From positions 127,125-191,124 of the forward strand of contig JBFJCP010000003.1 of the NCBI GenBank assembly GCA_041615815.1: DNA of 64,000 nt, in the 5' to 3' direction. This stretch comes from Gemmatimonadales bacterium (GTDB lineage: Bacteria > Gemmatimonadota > Gemmatimonadetes > Gemmatimonadales > GWC2-71-9). The position numbers were made by a program, and so were the translations under genes. This document shows, one piece after another, positions 9,768 to 20,154 of this stretch; the first letter of the stretch is position 1; every line of letters begins with the position of its first letter. The notes beneath the pieces are model-generated. The model saw nothing but the letters and a program-made list of their open reading frames with translations, was not told the origin of the DNA and did not search any database.

Positions 9768-10628
9768 TTACGCGAGCACCGCGCGCTGATCGCGTTGCCG
9801 ACGCATCAGATCGTACGTTTCCGCCACTTCCCCTCCCAGCAGAAACACGATCGCCGTGAAGTAGAGCCAGACCACGAACAGCAAGACGGCAATGGCGTTC
9901 GCATTGGAGATCAGACGATCCACCGTGGCAAAATTCCCCAGGTAGAAACCATAGAGCCCCTTGGCCAGCTCGAACCCGAGCGACGCCACCGCCGCGGCAA
10001 CCACTGACGTATCCCAGGGGACCCGGCGTGAGGGCAACACACGGTACACGATAAAAAAGAGCACGACCCCAAGTCCGAACGTCGAGAGCTGTGTGACGAA
10101 GCGTCCGAACCACGGCGCATCTGCCGCCCGCAGTGTGAAGATCGTGTTGATGACGATCAGGGCAAGGGTGACCAACACGAGGGAGAAGTCGAGAGCCTTT
10201 CCCACGAAGTACGGCCGTGACTCTTCCGTATCGAAGACCTCGTTGAGCGCGTTACGGGCGCTGCTGAATAACCGGGTCGAGAACCAAATGAACAATGGGA
10301 TACCTAGCAGGGAGAGCTCGTTTCGGCTCTCGGCGATCCCCGTAATGAGCTCCTCCGCGCGGCGGAAGGGATCGGAGCCGCCGGCAGACGTCGATGGAAG
10401 GAGCTCCCGGAGAATGCGCAGCACGTCGTCCACGGCTTCGCCGCTGGTTTGCGCCACGTAGCCAAGCGCACTCAGCACCAACAGACCAAGTGGGAGGGCG
10501 GCGAGCAACGCATCGAAGGTGAGCGCGCTCGCCAGGAACAGGACATTGTCCTCGTACGCGCCGATGAGCACTCGGCGCAAGAAACCGACAGGGGAAAACG
10601 CCCAGCCTCGCCGGGCAGGGGTGGTCAA
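9768..10628 (-). CDS. YihY/BrkB family membrane protein
   Basis: ASALTF..LLA, ALNEVF, VWLY..IVFLLGGE; about 6 TM helices. Confidence 0.88.
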   Translation of the reverse strand: MTTPARRGWAFSPVGFLRRVLIGAYEDNVLFLASALTFDALLAALPLGLLVLSALGYVAQTSGEAVDDVLRILRELLPSTSAGGSDPFRRAEELITGIAESRNELSLLGIPLFIWFSTRLFSSARNALNEVFDTEESRPYFVGKALDFSLVLVTLALIVINTIFTLRAADAPWFGRFVTQLSTFGLGVVLFFIVYRVLPSRRVPWDTSVVAAAVASLGFELAKGLYGFYLGNFATVDRLISNANAIAVLLFVVWLYFTAIVFLLGGEVAETYDLMRRQRDQRAVLA

Positions 10629-10653
10629 GAGCTCATTGGTGAGACGTCAGTGA

Positions 10654-11076
10654 CTAGGCGTCGGCGTCGGCTGGTGAACTCGCCTTCCCTCGGGCGGAGC
10701 GCGCGTCCGCGAGGCGCCGCTCCAGTTCGTCGCGGGCCGAGGACACCGCGGCCTTGCCCGCCTCAACCGCATCCTTGGCTCCCGCCCGTTTCTCCTTGAT
10801 GGTGCGCCGCGCCGTCTCGAACCCCTCCTCGACCCGGTCCTTGGCGCGCTCGTATCCCTCTTCCACACGTCCCTGCAGGGCGTCCGCCGTCGCCTCCGCC
10901 GCTTCGCGCAGCCGCTGCCCGCGCTCGCGCAACTGCTGGCGGGTCTCTTCACCACTCTGTGGAGCCAGAAGCAGGGCCAGCCCTCCTCCAATCAGAATGC
11001 CCAGCAGGAACGCTCCCACACCACCGCTCGACCGTTCGACCACGATCACCGGGGTATCTTCATGCACGCGCTTCAT
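10654..11076 (-). CDS. YtxH-domain protein
   Basis: FLLGILIGGGLALLLAPQSGEETR then amphipathic helix. Confidence 0.9.
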   Translation of the reverse strand: MKRVHEDTPVIVVERSSGGVGAFLLGILIGGGLALLLAPQSGEETRQQLRERGQRLREAAEATADALQGRVEEGYERAKDRVEEGFETARRTIKEKRAGAKDAVEAGKAAVSSARDELERRLADARSARGKASSPADADA

Positions 11077-11128
11077 GGTTTCTCCTCGAATACGCTCGTC
11101 CTACCGCCCCAACACCCACGAGCCGTGG

Positions 11129-11157
11129 AATCTATCTCCCTTCAAATCACGCGTCAA
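11129..11157 (-). promoter_or_regulatory. Candidate sigma70 promoter for ytxH-yihY-ltaE
   Basis: TTGACG-N17-TAGATT. Confidence 0.6.
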
Positions 11158-11930
11158 AACGGTACGCACAGCCCGTCGTAGGCCGGTTCGGCCCCCTCCG
11201 GCAACCTGGCGGCGAGGTCCGCATGCGCGTGTCGATGGCTGAGGTGCGTCAGGATGGTACGCTCCACCTTCAGGCGGTTGGCCACCTCCAGTGCTTCGGG
11301 AATCGAGAGGTGGGTCGGGTGCGGGCGGTCGAACAGTGCGTTGATCACGAGTACCCGAACGCCGCGGAGGGCATCCAGGGCCGGTGGAGGCACGCTCTTC
11401 ACGTCCGTGAGGTACCCCAAAGCACCGATACGGTAGCCGTAGACCCGCATGCCGCCGTGGTCCAGCTCCAGCGGCAGCACCGACACGTGGGCGATAGTCA
11501 CCGCGCTGCCGGCCTCGAGCGGCACGGCGCGGAGGCGGGGTTTTGACGTGCCTTCCGGCGGCACCACGGCGTGGTCGAAGATGTAGTGGAATCGCCGATG
11601 TAACCGTTCGATGGTATCGGGCGGACCGTAGAGCGGAAGCTCGCCCTGACGCACTGACAGCGCCCGCAAGTCGTCGATCCCGTGTACGTGGTCGGCGTGG
11701 TCGTGGGTGTACAGCACGGCGTCGACCCGCGCCACCCCGGCGGCCACGAGCTGCAGCCGAAGCTCGGGTGGCGTATCGATGAGGAGTCGGGCCGCGTCGA
11801 CTTCCACTAAGGCGGCTACGCGGGTGCGCCGATCCCGCGGATCGCTGGACGTGCAGACACGACACTCACACCCCACCACCGGGACCCCAAAGGACGTCCC
11901 CGACCCCAAGATGACCAGCCGACCGCTCAC
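11154..11930 (-). CDS. MBL-fold hydrolase, PhnP-like phosphodiesterase
   Basis: LGSGTSFGVPVVGCEC.VC, THDHADHVHG; GTGA overlap with the pyk stop. Confidence 0.9.
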   Translation of the reverse strand: MSGRLVILGSGTSFGVPVVGCECRVCTSSDPRDRRTRVAALVEVDAARLLIDTPPELRLQLVAAGVARVDAVLYTHDHADHVHGIDDLRALSVRQGELPLYGPPDTIERLHRRFHYIFDHAVVPPEGTSKPRLRAVPLEAGSAVTIAHVSVLPLELDHGGMRVYGYRIGALGYLTDVKSVPPPALDALRGVRVLVINALFDRPHPTHLSIPEALEVANRLKVERTILTHLSHRHAHADLAARLPEGAEPAYDGLCVPF

Positions 11931-13351
11931 ACGGTCTCCACTTTGAGGAGGTTGGTGGTACCGGGAACCTCGAAGGGCACGCCCGCAGTGACGACGATAC
12001 GGTCGCCGCGGTGCACCAGATCGTGGGCGAGGAGGGCCTCGCGGGCACAATCCAACATGGCGTCGTAGCTCGGTGCCTGCGCCACCAAGATTGGCCTCAC
12101 GCCCCAGACGAGGGAGAGAAACCGATACGTGGTGGGTTCGGTGGACATCCCGACAATGGGGATCGTGCCACGGTGGGCGGACACGCGCAGCGCCGTAAAG
12201 CCGCTTTTCGTGAAGCACACGATGACCGGCACGCGAAGCGCCTCCGCGGCAACACTCGTAGCGATGGCGATCGCCGACGCCACGTCGGTTCGATCGCTCC
12301 CGACGGCGGCTCCTGCCCCGAGGGGTTCGGGCGAGTCGTATTCGGCGCGCTCGATCTCGCGAATGATGCGCGCCATGGCTTCGACTGCCTGAATGGGGTA
12401 GGCCCCCACCGCGGTTTCGGCCGAGAGCATCACCGCATCGGTCCCGTCTAAAATGGCATTGGCCACGTCCGAAGCTTCCGCGCGGGTGGGCCGTGGCGCG
12501 CGAACCATGGATTCCAACATCTGCGTCGCGGTGATGACCGGGCGCGCATGGGTGACCGCAAAGCGAATCAGACGTTTTTGGGTCAGGGGGACTTCCTCGA
12601 ACGGGAGTTCGACCCCCAGATCTCCCCGGGCAACCATCAGGGCATCGGCCTGATCGACGATCCCATCCAGGTCCTCGAGCGCGGCAGCCTTTTCGATCTT
12701 TGCCACGAGCCGGGTATCCGGCGATACGAGCCGACGAACTTCGCGGAGGTCCGAGGAGCGCCGGACGAACGAGATGCCGATCATATCGGCGCCGTGCGCC
12801 AACGCGACTTCGAGATCCTCTCGATCCTTTTCCGTGACGGCCGGCGCGCTCACGCGGATGTCTGGGAGATTCATCCCCTTGTTGCTCTTGAGGACCCCGC
12901 CGTAGCGCACGACGGCGTGCACACGATTGCCTTGGATCCGCGTCACCTCAGTCGCGAGCAGTCCATCATCCAAGAGAATCCGCGCGCCTGGGCGGGCGTC
13001 ACCCGCCAGGTCGGCGTAGGTCGTGGGGATCGCCCCGCCGTCCGCCTCATCCTCCGGTGCGAAGACGATCTGTTGATCCGGCTCGAGCGTCAGCGGTTCG
13101 GGCAACGAGCCAACCCGTATCCGCGGCCCCTGGAGATCCACCAGCAGCCCGATGGGGCGTTCCCGTTCGCTCCGCAACCGCCCCACGAGTTGCATGAGCC
13201 GGACACGGTCCGCTTGCTCGCCGTGTGAGCTGTTGATACGCACCACGTTGGCGCCGGCGTCGATCATCCCGCGCACCACGGCCTCGTCCGTGGAGGCCGG
13301 ACCGAGCGTTGTCACGATCTTGGTGCGGCGAAACCGGGAATCGTAGGTCAT
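11927..13351 (-). CDS. pyk: Pyruvate kinase
   Basis: RRTKIVTTLGPAS, MVARGDLGVE, ATQMLESM, GTDAVMLSAETA. Confidence 0.97.
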   Translation of the reverse strand: MTYDSRFRRTKIVTTLGPASTDEAVVRGMIDAGANVVRINSSHGEQADRVRLMQLVGRLRSERERPIGLLVDLQGPRIRVGSLPEPLTLEPDQQIVFAPEDEADGGAIPTTYADLAGDARPGARILLDDGLLATEVTRIQGNRVHAVVRYGGVLKSNKGMNLPDIRVSAPAVTEKDREDLEVALAHGADMIGISFVRRSSDLREVRRLVSPDTRLVAKIEKAAALEDLDGIVDQADALMVARGDLGVELPFEEVPLTQKRLIRFAVTHARPVITATQMLESMVRAPRPTRAEASDVANAILDGTDAVMLSAETAVGAYPIQAVEAMARIIREIERAEYDSPEPLGAGAAVGSDRTDVASAIAIATSVAAEALRVPVIVCFTKSGFTALRVSAHRGTIPIVGMSTEPTTYRFLSLVWGVRPILVAQAPSYDAMLDCAREALLAHDLVHRGDRIVVTAGVPFEVPGTTNLLKVETV

Positions 13352-14115
13352 GAGGCGCGCATCAGGCCATCGCTCAACGCGGTGAGCGCTTCGCCCGCGG
13401 ATTGTTGCCACGACACCGTGGCTCGCGAGCTGAGTGGGGTGCGCTGCGGATTGATCTCGATGACCGGCAGGCCCCGATCGAGCGCCGTTGCGGGCAGCGC
13501 GGCGGCCGGGTAGACCACGGCCGACGTCCCGACCACGAGCATGGCATCCGCCTCCTCAACGGCGTCCCACGCTTCTTTCATCGCCTGTGGAGGGAGCGAC
13601 TCGCCAAACCATACCACGCCGGGGCGGACCGGACTCGTGCAGATCGCACACACCGGTGGATCCACATCGCGCTCGGGTTCGCTGGGGAGGGCATCGAGCT
13701 GCTCGGCATCGTACGGGTGTCCTCCGTCCAGGCAGCGAAATCGCGCCAACGACCCGTGAAGCTCCACCACATCCGTGTTGCCCGCGCGTGCGTGGAGCCC
13801 GTCCACGTTTTGCGTCACCACGACGAGACGCTCGAACGCTTCCTCGAGGCGCACCAGCGCCCCGTACCCCGCGTGGGGAACCGCACGTTGGGTCAGCCGT
13901 AAGCGCCACAGATACCAGCCAAACACGCGGGCGGGATGGCGTCGGAACGCTGCCTCCGTGGCGAGCTCCGTCGGATCGAACTGGGACCAGAGCCCGGTCT
14001 GGGCCTCGCGGAACGTGGGAACGCCCGACTCCCGAGACATACCGGCACCCGTGACCACCACCACGCGCCGCGCACGCGCAAGCGCCGTGAGCGCTTCCTC
14101 GAGAGTGCTGCTCAC
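13348..14115 (-). CDS. cobB: NAD-dependent protein deacylase (sirtuin)
   Basis: TGAGMSRESGVPTFR, TQNVDGLH, ELHGS, RPGVVWFGE, GTSAVVYPA. Confidence 0.93.
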   Translation of the reverse strand: MSSTLEEALTALARARRVVVVTGAGMSRESGVPTFREAQTGLWSQFDPTELATEAAFRRHPARVFGWYLWRLRLTQRAVPHAGYGALVRLEEAFERLVVVTQNVDGLHARAGNTDVVELHGSLARFRCLDGGHPYDAEQLDALPSEPERDVDPPVCAICTSPVRPGVVWFGESLPPQAMKEAWDAVEEADAMLVVGTSAVVYPAAALPATALDRGLPVIEINPQRTPLSSRATVSWQQSAGEALTALSDGLMRAS

Positions 14116-14179
14116 ACCGCTGAGGGGAGTCCCGGCCGTACGCGAGTCGCCCCGTTTCGGGGCCCAGCCCCACAGAGCA

Positions 14180-15424
14180 TCAAGTGCTGGGTGACAGGAC
14201 GCCGTCGGCGACCGGTGGGTAGGTACGAGCCACGTAGGCATTCATGATCTCGATGAACTCTTCCACGATCCGCTCGCCCTTGAGAGTCACAGTCAGCTGT
14301 CCATCGACATACACGGGAGCCTTCGGCTCTTCGAAGGTGCCAGGTAGCGAGATCCCGATGTTGGCATGCTTCGACTCGCCCGGACCGTTCACCACGCACC
14401 CCATCACCGCCACCCGCATGGTCTCGACCCCTGGATGACGTTCGCGCCACAGTGGCATTTGCTCCCGGAGGTGCTCTTGAATTTGCTCCGCCATTTCCTG
14501 AAAGAAGGTGCTCGTGGTACGACCACACCCCGGGCAGGCCGTCACCTGCGGCATGAAGCTCCGGAGCCCCAGCGCCTGGAGGATTTGCTGGCTGACCGTG
14601 ACTTCCTCTGTTCGATCGCCACCGGGACGCGGAGTGAGCGAGACCCGAATCGTATCGCCCACTCCCTCCTGCAACAGGATGGCCAATCCGGCCGTGCTAG
14701 CCACGATCCCTTTTGAACCCATTCCCGCTTCGGTGAGCCCCAGATGCAACGGGTAATCCGAGAGTGGAGCGAGCTTGCGATACACGTCCACGAGATCTTG
14801 GACCTGCGACATCTTGGCCGAGAGAATGATCCGATCGTGCGCCAGCCCCACTTCCTCGGCCAACGCGGCCGACCGCATGGCGCTCTCCACCATGGCCTCG
14901 AGCGTCACCTCTCGGGCGTCCAGGGCTTCGGGCCGTCGGGCATTCTCGTCCATCAGCTCCGTCAAGAGACGCCGATCGAGCGAGCCCCAATTCACGCCGA
15001 TCCGGACGGGTTTGTCGTGATCCATCGCGACCCGAATGATCGTCGTGAAATTCTCGTCGCGACGTTTCGCCCCGACGTTCCCGGGATTGATCCGGTATTT
15101 CGCCAGGGCAGTGGCGCACGCCGGGTGTCTCGTGAGAAGCTGATGACCGTTGTAATGGAAATCCCCGATGATGGGCACCGTCACGCCACGATCGGTGAGG
15201 CGTTGCGCGATCTCGGGAACCGCCGCGGCCGCCGCATCGTTGTTCACCGTCACTCGCACCAACTCGCTCCCGGCGATCGCGAGATCGGCCACCTGCTCCA
15301 CCGTCGACGCCACGTCGGCGGTGTCGGTGTTGGTCATCGACTGGACGACGACCGGATGACAGGACCCGACCGGAACACTGCCAACCCACGCGGTCACGGC
15401 CTCACGACGCTGTGACGTGCTCAT
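14180..15424 (-). CDS. ispG: (E)-4-hydroxy-3-methylbut-2-enyl-diphosphate synthase
   Basis: [39 protein letters not shown]. Confidence 0.97.
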   Translation of the reverse strand: MSTSQRREAVTAWVGSVPVGSCHPVVVQSMTNTDTADVASTVEQVADLAIAGSELVRVTVNNDAAAAAVPEIAQRLTDRGVTVPIIGDFHYNGHQLLTRHPACATALAKYRINPGNVGAKRRDENFTTIIRVAMDHDKPVRIGVNWGSLDRRLLTELMDENARRPEALDAREVTLEAMVESAMRSAALAEEVGLAHDRIILSAKMSQVQDLVDVYRKLAPLSDYPLHLGLTEAGMGSKGIVASTAGLAILLQEGVGDTIRVSLTPRPGGDRTEEVTVSQQILQALGLRSFMPQVTACPGCGRTTSTFFQEMAEQIQEHLREQMPLWRERHPGVETMRVAVMGCVVNGPGESKHANIGISLPGTFEEPKAPVYVDGQLTVTLKGERIVEEFIEIMNAYVARTYPPVADGVLSPST

Positions 15425-15472
15425 GGCCAGAAATATAGCTCGATCGTCGAACCCGCTGCCCGGAACGGCGGG

Positions 15473-16759
15473 TCAGGGCGCGGTGTCGGAGCCGTCGATG
15501 CGATTACCGGCCACCCAGACCGACGCGATACTTCGGGTGTTGGCGATGGCCACGAGTGGGTTGTCTCGGAGCACGACGAAGTCCGCCCATTTTCCCGCAC
15601 GCAGCGTTCCCACGTCGCGCAGCCCGAGACACCGGGCGGCCGCGCCCGTCGCCGCAATCAGGACTTCCATGGAGGAGAGCCCCGCATCGCGCATCAAGCT
15701 CATTTCCAGATGCTCGAAGTAGCCCTGGAAACGCCCTAGCGGCCCCGTATCGGTCCCGAGCGCCACCGTCCCTCCCCAGTCCACCACCCGTCGGACATTG
15801 GCGCTGGCGATCCGAAGGCTCGCCTTGTACGCCTGGGCTGCGGGACTCGCGCGCACTTGGCGCTGCCGGTCCGGATCGCGCAGTTGGCGGACGACGCTCA
15901 TGTCCGCCGCCCGCAAGAAGAACGGGTCGGTAAAGAAATCGGGCTCGGCTTCGTACACGAACGTGGACATTTCACGGGTCAGTGTGGGAACGTAGCACAC
16001 GCCTTTCTGCTGAAGGAGGGCGGCGAACTCTCCGTCCACTGCCCGATCGCGTACGCTGTGCGCCACGAGATCGACCCCCGCGAGGAGCAACGCCTTGGCA
16101 TCGGCCAGATAGTAGACGTGCGCCGCCACGGGAAGCCCGTGATCGTGCGCTCGATCGATGACCGCCTGGTACACGGCCGGAGACATCTTCGAAACGGTTC
16201 CCAAATTGTCGTCGACACGGATCTTGATGAAATCCGCGCCGCGCGCCGCGTTGGCATCCACCATGCGAATCGCAGCCGCCGTTTCACCCGTGACCACAGC
16301 CCCCGCCACCAAGAGACGTGCGCGATCGAGCCCCGCACTGCTCTGCGCATCACGCAACGCGAATGCCTCCGGTGAATCACCTCCGAGACTGTTGACGGTC
16401 GTCACGCCGTAGCGTGCGTACGTGCGCAGCTCGCCCAGGAGACGCGCCCTCAGCGCACCGCCCGAGTCGGATCCCGCGGTGGCCCCCAGATGGCCGTGAG
16501 CATTGATGAACCCCGGTACGATCGTATGCCCGGTGACGTCGATCCGCTCGGCGCCCTCGGCGATCGAGACGGACGGGGCGCTCCCCACTGCGACCACGCG
16601 GCCATCCCGGACCACGAGCACGGCGTGATCGATGGGGGCGGTGCCGGTGCCATCGATGAGCGTGGCCCCGACAAACGCCCTCGTGGGGCCGGTGCCGTCA
16701 CCGGCACACGCCACGAGCAGGACAGTAAGGGAGATGACGGTGGCCGCGCGAGTCGTCAT
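15473..16759 (-). CDS. Amidohydrolase family lipoprotein
   Basis: Lipobox LLVAC; PGFINAHGH, LGTD, GTLRAGKWADFVVL. Confidence 0.88.
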   Translation of the reverse strand: MTTRAATVISLTVLLVACAGDGTGPTRAFVGATLIDGTGTAPIDHAVLVVRDGRVVAVGSAPSVSIAEGAERIDVTGHTIVPGFINAHGHLGATAGSDSGGALRARLLGELRTYARYGVTTVNSLGGDSPEAFALRDAQSSAGLDRARLLVAGAVVTGETAAAIRMVDANAARGADFIKIRVDDNLGTVSKMSPAVYQAVIDRAHDHGLPVAAHVYYLADAKALLLAGVDLVAHSVRDRAVDGEFAALLQQKGVCYVPTLTREMSTFVYEAEPDFFTDPFFLRAADMSVVRQLRDPDRQRQVRASPAAQAYKASLRIASANVRRVVDWGGTVALGTDTGPLGRFQGYFEHLEMSLMRDAGLSSMEVLIAATGAAARCLGLRDVGTLRAGKWADFVVLRDNPLVAIANTRSIASVWVAGNRIDGSDTAP

Positions 16760-16944
16760 GGTTGGTCCGGTCGGCATCTGGCTAGGGCTAGAGAATATGA
16801 CATGAATGGAAGGGGCAGAAGGGGCAGAAGGAGCTGGAGCGGCAGACGGGCTAGGAATACCGGGGATCGTGAAACGGGGCGCCTCGGCGCCCCGTTCACT
16901 CTTCCCGTCTTTCCGCCCCAACTGCCCCAGTGCCTCGTGGCCTG

Positions 16945-19431
16945 CTACCCACACTCGCTGTAGCCACAGACATGGCACTTCACGCAGCCTTCGGCGAACT
17001 CGAGCTGGGATCCGCAGTCCGGGCACGCGCCGATGAATTGTGCTTCGGCGTCGCGCTGGTGAAGCTCGAAAAGCGTCCCGGCGTCCCCCTCGGCGGGATG
17101 ACGGGTCACGGGCGCCGTCTCATCGACCGGCGTCTCGCCCAGCAGATCCTGCTGGATGCCATGCTTTTCCTGCATCCACCGTTCGATGGCGATCCCGATC
17201 GCGTCCGGGACCGACAGAACCTTGTTGGGTCCTAAACCGGTCACGCGATCCGAGGAGATACCTCGGAGCTGTCGATGGACTTCGGGAAGGGGGACACCCG
17301 TCCGGAGCGCCAGGGAGATGAGGCGCCCGATGGCCTCGACGTCGGCCATCAGTGCCCCGCCGGCCTTGCCGAGGCTGATGAACATCTCGAAGGGTTGGCC
17401 CTTCTCGTCTTCCGTGATGGTCACATACATCGTGCCCAGCGGGGTCTCGATGCGTCGCGTCGCGCCCCGCAGCAATTCGGGCCGGGAGCGTTTCGCCCGA
17501 CGTTGGAGATGCTCGGCTTCGACTTCGTGCAGCTGCTTCCGGGTCCGTTTGAGCTCCGCCTCCAGCTCGGCGATGGTGGCCTTCAACTCGGCCATGGCCG
17601 TATCGCGCTCCGCGACGCCGTCCGCAGTGTCGGCCTTCACCTGCTTGGCCGTCTTCCCGGTCGACAAGACCTGCATGTCGCGGCTGCCGTCCCGATAGAC
17701 CGTGACGCCCTTGCACCCCAGCTCGAACGCCAGTTCGTAAATCTGGCGGACATCCTCTTCAGTCGCCGCTTGCGGGAAGTTGCACGTTTTGCTGATCGCG
17801 CTGTCCGTGGCGCCCTGGAAGGCTGCCTGCGTCCGGATGTGCCACTCCGGGGTCACATCGTGAGCCGTTACGAACACCTCTTGCCACCGCTCCGGCACTT
17901 CGTCGAAGTGGATATGGCCGTGCTCGGCAATCCGACGGATCAAATCTTCGGAGTACCATCCCTCGCGACGGGCGATCGCCACGAACTCCTCGTTCACGTC
18001 GGGCATCAACACGCCCGCCTGGTTGCGCATGAACGCTACCGCGAACAACGGCTCGATGCCGGAGGAGCATCCCGCAATGATCGAGATCGTACCCGTGGGG
18101 GCCACGGTGGTCAGGTTACAGTTCCGGAGCCGCCGGAGGGGGCGGATGCGGTTCCCGTCCGCGTCTCGGGCGCACGTCTCGTCCGGGCCCCAAATACTCT
18201 GGTGCCACTCTGCAAAGACCCCGCGCTCTTGGGCCAACCGCTCGCTCTCGACTTTGGCTTCCTCGTCCACAAAGGCCATGAGCTGGCGACCCAACGCGAT
18301 AGCTCTGTCCGAGTCATACGGAATGCGCAACCGAATGAGGAGATCTGCCCATCCCATGATGCCGAGTCCAATACGGCGAATGCGCTGTGCGAGATCGGTG
18401 ATCTCCGGAAGCGGATAGCGGTTCGCGTCGATGACGTTGTCGAGAAAATGCGTGCACAGGTGGACCGCGCGCCGCAACCGATCCCAATCGACCTCTTCAT
18501 CCCGCACGAACAACCCGACGTTGATCGAGCCCAGATTGCACACGTCGTATGGAAGGAGTGGCTGCTCACCGCACGGATTCGTGGCCTCGTAACTGCCCAG
18601 ATGCGGTACCGGGTTGTAGTGATTCGCCTGATCGATGAAGAACACCCCGGGCTCGCCGGTCTTCCATGCTCCGTGCACGATCTTGGCAAACACATCCCGT
18701 GCCCCGAGTTGCCCCACCACGGCACCCGAGCGTGGGTGAACCAAATCGTACGGCCGATCCGCCGCCACCGCTCTCATGAAGGCATCGGTGACAGCCACCG
18801 AGATGTTGAAGTTGGTGATCTTGGTGATGTCGTCCTTGCACGTGATGAACTCGAGGATGTCCGGGTGATCCACCCGTAGAATCCCCATGTTGGCGCCCCG
18901 TCGCGTCCCGCCCTGCTTCACCACTTCGGTAGAGGCATCATAGAGGGACATGAAGGACACCGGCCCGGATGCCACTCCCATGGTAGAGCGCACCACGTCG
19001 TTTTGCGGCCGTAAACGGGCAAACGAAAACCCGGTACCACCCCCCGACTGGTGGACCAGGGCCATGTTGCGCAACGTGTCGTAGATACCGCTCTTGCCAT
19101 TGGACAGTGCGTCCTCGACAGGCAGGACGAAGCAGGCGGAGAGTTGACCCAAGGGCCGGCCGGCGTTCATCAGCGTTGGGCTGTTGGGCATCCAGACGCG
19201 CGTGGCCATGAGATCGAAAAACGTCTCGGCCAGCGCCTCGACCCCCCCGGGGCTTGCGCCATAGCGCGCGTCGGGCGCGGCGATCGTGCGGGCTACCCGC
19301 CAAAAAAGGTCCTCCGGCTCTTCGGCCGCGGTTCCCTGATCGTCTTTGACCAGGTACCGGCGCTGCAGAACCGTCAAGGCGTTCTCGTTCAGATCCAGCG
19401 GTGTGTGGCGGGAGTCACCCATCATGCCCAT
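16945..19431 (-). CDS. nrdJ: Class II (B12-dependent) ribonucleotide reductase with C-terminal TSCPD and Zn-ribbon
   Basis: PNSPTLMNAG, LSACFV, ATNPCGEQPL, TVAPTGTIS, KGVTVYRDGSR, CPDCG..CHVCGYSEC. Confidence 0.96.
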   Translation of the reverse strand: MGMMGDSRHTPLDLNENALTVLQRRYLVKDDQGTAAEEPEDLFWRVARTIAAPDARYGASPGGVEALAETFFDLMATRVWMPNSPTLMNAGRPLGQLSACFVLPVEDALSNGKSGIYDTLRNMALVHQSGGGTGFSFARLRPQNDVVRSTMGVASGPVSFMSLYDASTEVVKQGGTRRGANMGILRVDHPDILEFITCKDDITKITNFNISVAVTDAFMRAVAADRPYDLVHPRSGAVVGQLGARDVFAKIVHGAWKTGEPGVFFIDQANHYNPVPHLGSYEATNPCGEQPLLPYDVCNLGSINVGLFVRDEEVDWDRLRRAVHLCTHFLDNVIDANRYPLPEITDLAQRIRRIGLGIMGWADLLIRLRIPYDSDRAIALGRQLMAFVDEEAKVESERLAQERGVFAEWHQSIWGPDETCARDADGNRIRPLRRLRNCNLTTVAPTGTISIIAGCSSGIEPLFAVAFMRNQAGVLMPDVNEEFVAIARREGWYSEDLIRRIAEHGHIHFDEVPERWQEVFVTAHDVTPEWHIRTQAAFQGATDSAISKTCNFPQAATEEDVRQIYELAFELGCKGVTVYRDGSRDMQVLSTGKTAKQVKADTADGVAERDTAMAELKATIAELEAELKRTRKQLHEVEAEHLQRRAKRSRPELLRGATRRIETPLGTMYVTITEDEKGQPFEMFISLGKAGGALMADVEAIGRLISLALRTGVPLPEVHRQLRGISSDRVTGLGPNKVLSVPDAIGIAIERWMQEKHGIQQDLLGETPVDETAPVTRHPAEGDAGTLFELHQRDAEAQFIGACPDCGSQLEFAEGCVKCHVCGYSECG

Positions 19432-19541
19432 AATACCCTTTCCTCCTACGAACTAGCCCTCGTAGAAAGTTAATCGCCTGCGGTTTTGACGGTTTACGGT
19501 CTGAAGGAAGCCGCTAACGAGGAGCGGCAGCGCGGGAAGCC

Positions 19542-19570
19542 AAGGTAGGTGGGCACGTCACGACACGCAA
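19542..19570 (-). promoter_or_regulatory. Candidate sigma70 promoter for nrdJ
   Basis: TTGCGT-N17-TACCTT. Confidence 0.4.
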
Positions 19571-19627
19571 GTGGGGTCGAATCTCACCGTGTCAACGCCA
19601 TTCCCCGCTTTGCACATCACAAAGTTG

Positions 19628-20131
19628 TTATTCCGGAAACCGGTGTCGTCGCACCGAGCCGTCCCGATGCCGCCGTGCCAGCTGAACGTAGTGTTGCCAG
19701 GTTTCCTGGATGCGGGACCGCAGCCTCTCGTCGACGGATCGCACCACACGGGCTGGTAGACCCAGCACGAGCGACCCCGCCGGGATCTCCATTCCCTCCG
19801 GCACCACCGCGCCGGCGCCGACGACCGAGCCGGCCCCGACGTGCACCCGGTTGAGCAGAATGGCCCCCATCCCCACCAGACAGTCGTCCTCGATGGTGCA
19901 CCCGTGGAGAATGGCGCGATGGCCTACGCCCACCCGTGCCCCGACCGTGCACGGGATCCCCTCGTCCACGTGGACCATGCTCAGATCCTGGATGTTGGTG
20001 TCGTCGCCGATGCGGATGGGGGCCATGTCGCCACGGAGCACGGCATGATACCAGACGCTCGCGCGCGCGCCCAGGCTGACGTCGCCCAGGACCACGGCGC
20101 TGGGTGCGACGAACGCCGTTGAATCGATCAC
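19628..20131 (-). CDS. Gamma carbonic anhydrase family (hexapeptide repeat) protein
   Basis: VLRGD, TNIQD..VH, VGH..ILHGC. Confidence 0.93.
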   Translation of the reverse strand: MIDSTAFVAPSAVVLGDVSLGARASVWYHAVLRGDMAPIRIGDDTNIQDLSMVHVDEGIPCTVGARVGVGHRAILHGCTIEDDCLVGMGAILLNRVHVGAGSVVGAGAVVPEGMEIPAGSLVLGLPARVVRSVDERLRSRIQETWQHYVQLARRHRDGSVRRHRFPE

Positions 20132-20154
20132 GATGTGGTTGGTCCCCGAAGGGG

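Noticed and set aside
16808..16840. GAAGGGGCA x2 plus a variant after nrdJ
   Set aside because: Too short, no spacers; not CRISPR or a clear VNTR
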